From NCBI GenBank assembly GCA_965644295.1, contig CBFFRP010000110.1:1-64000 (forward strand): a stretch of 64,000 nt of DNA. Direction: 5' to 3'. Below the pieces are notes generated by a model. It was not told the origin of the DNA and ran no database searches. It worked only from the letters and a program-made list of their open reading frames with translations. This document shows positions 21,301-31,084 of the stretch, in pieces; position 1 is the stretch's first letter; each line of letters begins with the position of its first letter. This stretch comes from Paraphysomonas bandaiensis. Its lineage: Eukaryota > Protista > Chrysophyceae. The translations under genes and the position numbers were made by a program.

Positions 21301-23692
21301 ATACAATGATGTAAACATTTTACTAACCTCCAATATGTGTACTTTAAATATCGCAGTTCCGATAAATTGATACCGATATTGTACAGAAGTTTTAGTTTTA
21401 ATATACCCTTGTGAGAGCATTTAAGTATATAAATAATAGCATATGACATTACATATATATTACATAATATTGTGATAGCTTCACTCACGCAATTGACATT
21501 TATAATTGTGTTAACACTACGATAAATCATAATAAACGATCTTAAGTACGGTGTATATGACGTTTTTTGTCTGTATAGTCATGACTGATGCAATGACTTT
21601 ATTACAATAACTGATTTTGTAATTTTGTGGACATCAGACAACCTGGAAACCCGATGAGGAAAAACTTACACAGTGTGGCATGTCGAACGCAGAATACACA
21701 ATATCATCATCTTCTGTCACTAAGAAAAGGTAAGTAGCTATATACAAAACTAGCTCCTACAGGAAATACTTCCCTTCATAGAATGAATTAAGCGAATAAC
21801 ATATGTACCAGTCTTATTATAACCTATGTATATTAATGTATAGTAATGTTTCCTTGTTACTATTTTTATTTGCTATATCAGACTAATTACCCCCAACGAG
21901 AAACATGAACCACACACCCAATTGCTCTACACTACAACACCCCCAAACAAACGTCAACGCCAGTGTGTCGGAAATATATTAGACTCTCTACAGCTACTGC
22001 AATCTTTGCAGAATAAACATTCGAGTTCAACTCGATACGGCGGTAATAGTCACAAAAGAAAAACAAATACTTTGGCCAGTGTCAACCCATCCACTTATAG
22101 TGTTTATTTGGAATTACATGTTGATATTAACAATAGTATTGAGGACATTTTTGCCAATCTGATCAAAATTTCTTCAAGCCATATGACCATTGAAGACTGC
22201 CGTGATCTAAATTTGCCAATAGCCTTAGGAGGTAAACGAAAAGCCCCTACTTTATGCAACACAACAGATTGCACAAGGTTTCATGTTGGAAGTGATATAT
22301 ATGCCGGCCCACGCACGTTTATTGGTAAAGGATCATTTGGATATGCAGTGAAATGCTATGGTCGGTCATCGGCACTATCACAACAAAATGGCTTTCTATC
22401 TACACCACAAAACCAGTCTATAGTGATCAAAGTAGATCACAGAAAAAAATTTGTGCTATGGGAAGCTATAATACACAGCATGGTAACATTGTGATATTGT
22501 AATTTCTTTTGGACTTATAAGCATATACTCTAGATTCGAAGTGGAATAGAGAACCTTTTGAAGACAGAAAACACCCAAAACAACAATTTCTCCTTTGATA
22601 ACTATTATAGAAAGCATTTTTTACCTCCTTTCTCAGTGAAAGTGTTCAACGTAAGATGGAGTGTTTGTAATATTCTTGGTTGCTATTTTGTTAATGTAAT
22701 TTTACTGGTACAGAATGCATCGACAATGACGATGGGGTACGCCAATATGGGCTCTTTACTGGACTTAGTTTCAGCAGTACAAAGGCACCAACATTCATTC
22801 TCGGCGCATGAACTAGAACACATTGCAATGTATTTTGTGCAGCAGGTTCCTGTCACACATTGTCTTATTATCACCATGAATGCTTACCATAGTTTACAGA
22901 TGTTACAGGCACTCAAGATTATTCACTCAGTTAATATCCTGCACGGTGATATCAAAGAAGATAATTGGGTTTTGTCTTGCTCTGATGTAATTGGAAAACC
23001 GGTTATCTGCTTAATAGATTTTGGATTGTCAAAGTTGCTACCTGCGGGTATTATAAAGTGCTAATTATATAGTGTATTCATGGTTCTGTTTCTTAGGTGG
23101 TATTGATACGCCTCTACGGGAAGATAACTTTGCAGTAAGTGGTTATATTCTCTTGAGAATATATATGTCTGAGTTGTGTTTAGAAAGACTATCGCGGGGT
23201 GGCTTCGTGTGCCCACTACTTGCAGTATTTTGGTCCTATCAAGACTTCTCATGAAACCATTCAAAATACAATGCGGAGGGGATTTGTAGCAGCATCGAGT
23301 TTATATCAAAACCAAAATACTCAATGTACGATATGTATTCCCCAAGTGACATTGAAGAGGTTATGCACAAGTATTGGTTCGTTGCTTCTTTACTTCTAAT
23401 GTATTTTCTAGGTATTGGAGTAGAGAAATATGGAGCCAGCTATATATTTTGATGTTGAACAGCAGCTGTTCTCGTAAAAGCTTGTTTCAACATCTTTGGT
23501 CTGAACTGGATAATCTGAACATGGAAATGTCTAAATACCTTCGTTCCATGGCAGAAGATCAACAAAGAGTACGAACTTATAATTTTACTTTTAGCTGTGT
23601 ATAACTTTGATGTTATGAAACAGAAATTATTTGAGAAAGTTTCGCGTATTCTTGAATCTATTCGTTTGAAGGATCGCACCAGTGTTCAATGA
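18372..23692 (+). CDS. BUB1: Bub1/Mad3 (undivided MadBub) spindle assembly checkpoint protein, multi-exon
   Basis: WETSKENVQPLKVGR (KEN1); TPR domain YRNDPRYVKVWIEY; ABBA-KEN-ABBA (FTVYSE, KENTG, IFVD); CD1-like TINTKLAKMDIDQMF; kinase motifs IGKGSFG, HGDIKEDNW and LIDFG. Many ~50-nt GT-AG introns. Confidence 0.9.
19831..20577 (+). repeat. Coding tandem repeat (108-bp and 93-bp units) carrying 8 FSIF(S/T/P)D motifs
   Basis: Unit GGFSIFSDSDAAPS(GEKSS)RKETSIKSSKPKEATVA is repeated with near-identical DNA. Confidence 0.95.
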
Positions 23693-23891
23693 ATTCTACT
23701 TTCTCCTAATGTAATTGTAACAAGTAGAAATTGCAACTGATGTGATGTAAAATAAGTATGTGTTTAAAGAGCTGGGTAATTGTTCTTAAAGAAATGAATA
23801 CATTTCGTCGCAACAAGTTTATCAAGGAAAAGCTTGCACAGTTACACTAAAACTATTGCTAAAACAACTTTTCTTTCGAAATGGCTATAGG

Positions 23892-26800
23892 TATTGAACT
23901 ACAACCAACTCCTACGTGCGTACTTGAAGTTTGGTAAAGTCAATCGCTAGTAGTTATCCTGTATTCTATGTAGCAATGAAATACAGAATATACATGACTA
24001 CAGTATAGGAGTAGCTATTACAAGTATACAAAGAAACTGAAAATATAGTAGCTGTTAAAGATATGATTTGTAGAACAGAATGTTGATGTTGGTGAATGAC
24101 GTGGTTCCTAACTCACAGGGCTACAACATCATAAACTTACTATATCTCCTATAATATCAATCAGTCAATATTGCACTAACTAAAAGCGTAAATTAATATG
24201 GCAGCGGATGGAAATTTCACGAATGTCGCCTCAGGCTCAAAGGTACCTCCCTTCGAGGAACTGAACTTCAAGAAATTCAAGAAGTTCTTCACCTCATTCC
24301 TCATGAGACACAATCGAGCTCATCTTGTCCTCTCAAAGGATAAACCAAGGCACATTCATGATCTAGACTCTACAGTCCCAGCGGGAGCTCATATGACTGA
24401 TGCACAGAAGAAGCGACTACGCAAAGCGAAGAAACTCTGGAACACCCGGAACGAGACCGCGTACTCCTTCCTGATGGAAGTGTGCAATGCTCACCCAAAA
24501 GCAGGCACAACAGCGGCTCTCTACGAAGGAAGTACAGCAAAAGGGTTACTACAGGCACTGGAAGAGAGATTTCTCAATGTTGAAAAGAATACAGTACAGG
24601 CAGAGGTCACAAAGTTCAATTCAATGAAGATTACCTCAAGTCAGTCAGGAGCAGAGTTCGTCGACAGCGTTGAAGCCCAGGCCAAGATTCTCGAGAATCT
24701 AGGTCGTGAAGTCACGGAAGACGACAAGCTCACTCGACTAAAGGAAGGTCTCACAGACAAGAGATATTCCCAACTAGCACACAGCCTGTATACAGCAAAC
24801 GATGTGACATACGCAAGAGCAAGCAGCCTAATCAAAGGGTATGAAAACACATCATTCGGCAAGCATGCGTTGCAAAATTCAGGGGAAGACAGTGTCAATC
24901 AAGCAGTGGATGACAGTAAATGGAAAGAGCACAAGAGAAAGGGCAGATGCAATAAGTGCAAGAAACTTGGCCACTTTGCTAGGGAGTGCAAGACTCCAGA
25001 GCATGTCATAAAGAGGATGAAGGGGACAAGATCACAGAGAAAAGATAGAGATCACAGAAACAGGGGTGATAACAAAACAAAGCTACCTGTGTGTGAGATA
25101 TGTGACATCCCAGGCCATCAGACTAAAGACTGCTTCCACTTGAAGACTGCTAAAGCTGCAGTGGTCAGTTCTAAACGGGGGCGAGACTCTAGAAGGGAAA
25201 CGGCACCCTACAAGAACAAGAAGAAACCGCGAGTGTCTGTACATGATTCAGAAGATGAAGCGGGATACGAATCGATGATATGTGTGGAAGAAGAGGTGAA
25301 TCTAGCACAGAGCATGTCAGATGTTATTTATTTAGACAGCGGGTGCAACAAGATGATCCTTACCTCCAAAAACCACATGACCAACCTTCAGCGCGCTGAT
25401 AGGCAGATGTCCACAGCGAACAAAGGTAAACTGTCAATACACAGTGTTGGCGATGTAGGAAGCTTTAAAAAGGTGTACTACGCACCTGAAGCAAGTAAGA
25501 ACCTCGTAGATATGAAGAGCATCACAGATAGGGGTTGTGTTGTGACGTTCGATAATGATGAAGTCGTCATTCGAAATAAGACTACGAACAAGACACTCAT
25601 TAGACAGAGAAGTGTTAATGGATTATATCCAGTTCGACTCGAAGACTTACTTCAGCTTGGAGAAGAATCCTCAGCAGCACTTGAGGAGCAGGGGTTTGAT
25701 GACCAGCGAATTCTATGGCACAAAAGACTTGGCCATGTCAACTATGATAAACTGACTGAGTCCGACCGCCGAGGCCTAGTTGATGGAATAAATCTGGACA
25801 AGAAATATTTCAGAAAAAAACACAAAAAAACGATATGCAAATGTAATACCTGCATGCGATCGAAACTCACGAGAAAGAACTTCAGGACTCCACGCCAGTT
25901 GATGAACTTAGACAACAACCCAAAGGAGAGAGGGGTGCTCAGTGCAGATACGATGGAAGTCCTAAACACGCCATCGATGGAAGGCTACAAACATGTGTTA
26001 CTATTCAAGCACAGTGATGCAAAACATGTATGGGCTTATGGGTTGAAAAACAAGACTGGGAGTGAAGTGTTAAAGTGTATGAAGGACATGGTAGAGACCC
26101 AACTTGTCAAAGAAGGATTGCAACTACGACGATATCATGCAGATGGCGCAGGAGAACTAGTAGGGCAACATGTCAGGCAGTACTTACGTGAAACCACCAG
26201 CACAAGGACTGTACAGGTTACTTGGACTCCACGTGACACACCCGAAATGAATTCGCTATCGGAACGCACTAATCGTACAGTGAAGGAGATGGCCCTTGCT
26301 ATATTGCTCGATAGTGGCATGCCATCAGTATTTTGGTTCAAAGCAGTCTTGCATGCTGTATATCTGATCAACAGGTTACCTACGAAGACAACGAAAGGAT
26401 ACATCTCACCTTTTGAGTATATTACTGGAACCGCACCAGATGTGAGTGACTTGAAGATCTGGGGCTGCAAGGCATGGGCTATTGTGCCGAAGGAGCAGCG
26501 CCGCAAAGAGTGGAAAGAAAAGGGAAAACCTGGATACTATATGGGACAATGTCAACAACCTGTTGGACACCAAATATATATTCCAGACCTGAATGCTATT
26601 ATTGTTGCAGTCAATGCACAGTTTGATGAGTCAATTCCAGAGCGTTCACAGGAGTATTTCGACGAAATAGATAATCTACAAATCGACACCTCAGAAACAG
26701 CAGAGAGTGTAAATGACTATCAGTACCTGGTGGGCCTCAGACATCTTGATGGACACCTGTGTTATGTTACCACCAGAGTGATAGAGAGAAGAGGAGTCAT

Positions 26801-29070
26801 TGTTGCATATAGGAGATTAGATATGAAAGGAAATACTACCGAGGAGCAAACTCCAATTCATATCAAAGATGTAGTAAAGATGACTCACTCTACAAAGTGT
26901 CAGACCGACAAGTTTAATAGTTTGCGAAATGAGTTGGATCAGACTTGTAATGACAGTGACAATGAACAGAGGACTCCTGACCGCTCAAATCGGGGCGCAT
27001 CTTCAACAGGTGGGGCAGATCGAAATCCCAGAACTGAAAAACGACCTCGAAAAAAACGGCACATTGTTAACGTTGGTGTCCTCGGCGATGTCTCATTGTT
27101 TCTTGATTCCTCCAACAGCACAATTAAAGAGCCACAGACGCTGGCAGAAGCAAAGAAGACTCCACAGAGAACATACTGGATTGAAGCTACCAGGAAGGAG
27201 GTGCACAAGCTTGAACGAAGGACATGCTGGAAGATTGTCCGAAGGCCGAAACACCGAAAAATCATAAAATCTAAATTGGTCTTTAAAGTAAAGCGCGACC
27301 ATCTTGGAAAAATTAAGAAGTTCAAAGTTCGACTTGTGGCGAAAGGGTTTACTCAAGAACAAGGAGTCGACTATAATGAGACATTCTCCCCAGTAGCTAA
27401 AGGTGTATCATTTAGGCTAGCACTGGCACTGGCTCTGCGATACAATCTGCAACTCCGTCAACTCGATGTAGAAACGGCATTTCCGTATGCAGATCTGGAC
27501 GAAGACGTGTTTATGTCTCCACCTGCAGGAATAGATATTCCACAAGGCTGTTGTTTGAAGATTCTGAAGAGTTTGTATGGCCTAAAACAAGCGCCTCGAA
27601 ATTGGCATTCAATGCTGAAGGACAGTATAAAGGCGATGGGGTATAAACAATGTGTTCTTGACCCATGTTTATTTGTACTCAAGGGTACTGATGATAACCT
27701 ACATATGATACTTGTGTATGTAGATGATATCATTGTGCTCAGCTCTGACAGCCGTCATATTGAAGAAGTCATCAGCGCCTTTAAGACTCAATATGCCATG
27801 CAAGATATGGGGGACCTTAAGCATTATTTAGGTCTTACCATTGAGCGTCATAATGGCCAGATTAAGTTACATCAGTCTGCATATGCTAAAGATGTTGTGG
27901 CCAGATTCAATCACTTGTTGTCAGAAAAGAAGAGACGGTGCAAGGCAACCACACCTCTACCACCTGGCCTAAAGTTGTCCAAGGATGCAAAAGAGGAAGA
28001 AACTCGAAAACAGAGAGAATACGTTGATGCATTTCCCTATCAATCTGTTATTGGTGCCTTAATGTATTTGGCAGTGCATACTAGACCAGACATGGCATAT
28101 ACAGTAAATCTTCTCTCCCGGTTCACCACAAGACCCACGTACGCTGCATGTCAAGCTGCTCTGCATACTTTATTGTATTTAGAAAATACAGTTGATCAAG
28201 GTATCATATTTCCTAATTTCACAGATGAAGACCCTCTATGTGTGTACTCTGATGCAGATTGGGCCGGAGATCTGGATACATGCAGATCCACTACAGGGTA
28301 TATCGTATATCTGTGGGGTGCTCCAATTGCATGGCAGTCCAGACTGCAGCCAACAGTGGCTACGTCGACTATGGAAGCTGAATATATGGCTGCATATGCT
28401 GCAATTCAGGAGATTGTATGGATACGAGGGGTGATGACAGAGCTCGGAATTCGTGGATTTGAGCTCAGTAAGAATGCGTCTCCAACAATCTTGAATATGG
28501 ACAGCAAGAGTGCGATTGATCTAGCTCAGAACCCGGTAAATCATAAACGTTCCAAGCATATTCGGATCAAGTATCATTGGATTCGAGAGCAAGTGGGAGG
28601 CTGTATCGTCAGGCTGAATCATGTGCCAACGGCAGAGATGACAGCAGACGTGATGACTAAAGCCTTGTCCGAGAAGCTGCACTATCAGCATGTGCACACT
28701 ATGGTATCGCACTAAGTAGACTTGCTCATCACAGTATATTCTGATATGTTCATTGAGTGGGAGTATTGAACTACAACCAACTCCTACGTGCGTACTTGAA
28801 GTTTGGTAAAGTCAATCGCTAGTAGTTATCCTGTATTCTATGTAGCAATGAAATACAGAATATACATGACTACAGTATAGGAGTAGCTATTACAAGTATA
28901 CAAAGAAACTGAAAATATAGTAGCTGTTAAAGATATGATTTGTAGAACAGAATGTTGATGTTGGTGAATGACGTGGTTCCTAACTCACAGGGCTACAACA
29001 TCATAAACTTACTATATCTCCTATAATATCAATCAGTCAATATTGCACTAACTAAAAGCGTAAATTAATA
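23892..29070 (+). mobile_element. Ty1/copia LTR retrotransposon copy 2, full length, 5-bp TSD ATAGG
   Basis: LTRs 23892-24198 and 28764-29070 (307 bp, no differences seen). ATAGG at 23887-23891 and 29071-29075. PBS TGGCAGCGGATGG from 24199. PPT at 28755-28763. Confidence 0.97.
24198..28715 (+). CDS. Copia gag-pol polyprotein (1505 aa), identical in translation to copy 1
   Basis: Same motifs and the same translation as 10612-15129. Confidence 0.97.
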   Translation: MAADGNFTNVASGSKVPPFEELNFKKFKKFFTSFLMRHNRAHLVLSKDKPRHIHDLDSTVPAGAHMTDAQKKRLRKAKKLWNTRNETAYSFLMEVCNAHPKAGTTAALYEGSTAKGLLQALEERFLNVEKNTVQAEVTKFNSMKITSSQSGAEFVDSVEAQAKILENLGREVTEDDKLTRLKEGLTDKRYSQLAHSLYTANDVTYARASSLIKGYENTSFGKHALQNSGEDSVNQAVDDSKWKEHKRKGRCNKCKKLGHFARECKTPEHVIKRMKGTRSQRKDRDHRNRGDNKTKLPVCEICDIPGHQTKDCFHLKTAKAAVVSSKRGRDSRRETAPYKNKKKPRVSVHDSEDEAGYESMICVEEEVNLAQSMSDVIYLDSGCNKMILTSKNHMTNLQRADRQMSTANKGKLSIHSVGDVGSFKKVYYAPEASKNLVDMKSITDRGCVVTFDNDEVVIRNKTTNKTLIRQRSVNGLYPVRLEDLLQLGEESSAALEEQGFDDQRILWHKRLGHVNYDKLTESDRRGLVDGINLDKKYFRKKHKKTICKCNTCMRSKLTRKNFRTPRQLMNLDNNPKERGVLSADTMEVLNTPSMEGYKHVLLFKHSDAKHVWAYGLKNKTGSEVLKCMKDMVETQLVKEGLQLRRYHADGAGELVGQHVRQYLRETTSTRTVQVTWTPRDTPEMNSLSERTNRTVKEMALAILLDSGMPSVFWFKAVLHAVYLINRLPTKTTKGYISPFEYITGTAPDVSDLKIWGCKAWAIVPKEQRRKEWKEKGKPGYYMGQCQQPVGHQIYIPDLNAIIVAVNAQFDESIPERSQEYFDEIDNLQIDTSETAESVNDYQYLVGLRHLDGHLCYVTTRVIERRGVIVAYRRLDMKGNTTEEQTPIHIKDVVKMTHSTKCQTDKFNSLRNELDQTCNDSDNEQRTPDRSNRGASSTGGADRNPRTEKRPRKKRHIVNVGVLGDVSLFLDSSNSTIKEPQTLAEAKKTPQRTYWIEATRKEVHKLERRTCWKIVRRPKHRKIIKSKLVFKVKRDHLGKIKKFKVRLVAKGFTQEQGVDYNETFSPVAKGVSFRLALALALRYNLQLRQLDVETAFPYADLDEDVFMSPPAGIDIPQGCCLKILKSLYGLKQAPRNWHSMLKDSIKAMGYKQCVLDPCLFVLKGTDDNLHMILVYVDDIIVLSSDSRHIEEVISAFKTQYAMQDMGDLKHYLGLTIERHNGQIKLHQSAYAKDVVARFNHLLSEKKRRCKATTPLPPGLKLSKDAKEEETRKQREYVDAFPYQSVIGALMYLAVHTRPDMAYTVNLLSRFTTRPTYAACQAALHTLLYLENTVDQGIIFPNFTDEDPLCVYSDADWAGDLDTCRSTTGYIVYLWGAPIAWQSRLQPTVATSTMEAEYMAAYAAIQEIVWIRGVMTELGIRGFELSKNASPTILNMDSKSAIDLAQNPVNHKRSKHIRIKYHWIREQVGGCIVRLNHVPTAEMTADVMTKALSEKLHYQHVHTMVSH

Positions 29071-29156
29071 ATAGGTTAATAATTAATAGGAAATAAACGT
29101 TATCACGACAAAAAGAAACGCATTGAAGAAATTTTACACAATATATTCATCGCTTT

Positions 29157-30250
29157 TCATACACTAGGTGTAAAGTTTCGGCATTCGCCTCCCCACGTTT
29201 CATCGGGAAGTTGTGTCGCTAACCAGTACCCATTGCTGTCTAGTTGCACTTGCTTCTTACTATTGCCTACAATGAAATTAGCATGAGCTGTGTACAAAAC
29301 CTTGCCCTGTTGTTTTATCTTCTTTGACGCCAGTTCGTAACCCACCGCCGAGCCAAGTATACCCGAGGCAAACGAGCAAAAGTCAAGCGGGCATGTATAG
29401 ATTTTGTTCGGTAGCTTCTTCGCCAAGGGAGTGCGGCACGATTGCTGAGGGGCAATGCTAATTCCCTTCACACTATTCCTGTTGTTCCTTTCCATTCGTT
29501 TCAAAAAATTCCAAAACAATGTTTGATCATCAAATTTACTGTCTGCCTTAGATGCATAAGACAAAAACATCGCCCATAATTTCAACATGTTCTGATTACT
29601 ACGTACAAAATGAAATCCAGTGTTTCCTTCGGACTTCAACTCACGAAAACTCCATGAATTCGTAAACTGGCACTTAGCGTTAACAGAATGGATATAGTCA
29701 AATTTTGTATAATTGATTTGTGGTAGGGGGTCTCGTACAATGGCAACGTCTGGATCTGAAAATAGCACATTATACCCAAGTTTTATTACTTCATGGACAA
29801 CTAGGAATTTAGCCACAGACAATTTCTGGAATGACCCTTTTCGAAATTCTGAACTTCCTTCAGGGGCCCCAACATCATAAAGAGCGGGATAAACGTTATT
29901 CCAGGTAGTAACGTTAGATTTAGATTTAAAATACGAAAATGTCTTGAAGTCCAGAGCAAAAGCTACAACTTTTAAGTCGAGTCGATCCACGAAACACTTA
30001 AAATTATGGAAATGATTCAGATACCCGAAATTGCTATAAGGAAAGAAGTTATCGCTACGTATTCAGTGTACACAAACTAATACCATGCAGTCACAAGTAC
30101 GATATTCTTGTATTCAGGACTAATTGTCGATTCATTCGCATAGACCCCTGCAGCTAATCGAACTTGATGCTCCAGGCCCATTGAATGCACTGCTAGCAAT
30201 GAAGTAGCAATAACTATTGTATACAGCACTATGAGAATATAACACGACAT
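29157..30250 (-). CDS. Nucleotide-diphospho-sugar transferase (GT77-like), 2 exons (30250-30084, 30033-29157)
   Basis: N-terminal hydrophobic anchor; LGYNVLFSDPDV (DxD); NTGFHFVRS; DDQ; HAN. Intron 30083-30034 joins the exons in frame. Confidence 0.85.
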
Positions 30251-31084
30251 GACATTCGCAACTATCGCTTCAATTGAATGAGATGGAGAACAACTGCTCG
30301 TAGATGTACCAGTACAGTCACTGCTGCTGTCTGTTGTAAACACAACTTTAAAAGAAAACTGAAAACTGCACACTCAAAACCGGGGTTTTACGATATTATC
30401 GAGGTTTTTATGAGGGGTTTCTTGTTATCTCAATCCAACAATTCCTCACACAGCAGTATACCGCCGTATGTAAACATGATTGCAGTGGTTGTATTTCACG
30501 GTAGCTTGATACTATCTTGAGACGGCGCTTTCATTGCTTCGTTCGCTGTTCTGAGTTGAAATCCTCTGCAGAGGGCGTAGACGAGTATCTGTATGTATAT
30601 ATGTATGGAATATCTCAGGTGGGGTGTGGATATCTGAATATTAAGATAGTGGGATCAAAGTTGAGGAACACAAAGTAGCTCTACTTAGTCACCATTGTTG
30701 TGTTGTATTATGGTTAGCTTATTGGCACTGTGATCATCGATCGGCTACAGGCTGCTGCGGATAAGTATTATGACTTCACATCTTCGCTAACTCTAATGTT
30801 GGACATATTTTCACACGATGTGATATAAACTAATTGATAATCCAACCCTGTACATTTGTATCGGAACATGTTTCATGAGACCACCAGTTCTATTGTGTTA
30901 GAATTAGGACACAAAGACCCTTTTAGTGGATGATAGAGTGTTTAAACTTTAAACATACATTTTTTGCAAATATGTTGCATTGCTTATTTCATTATCTACT
31001 CCAGAGCTCTGTTGACATTGAGAATCTACAGTAGATAAAAAATAAAACATTACAGAACCTCATGAATGTATATCATGATTATCG

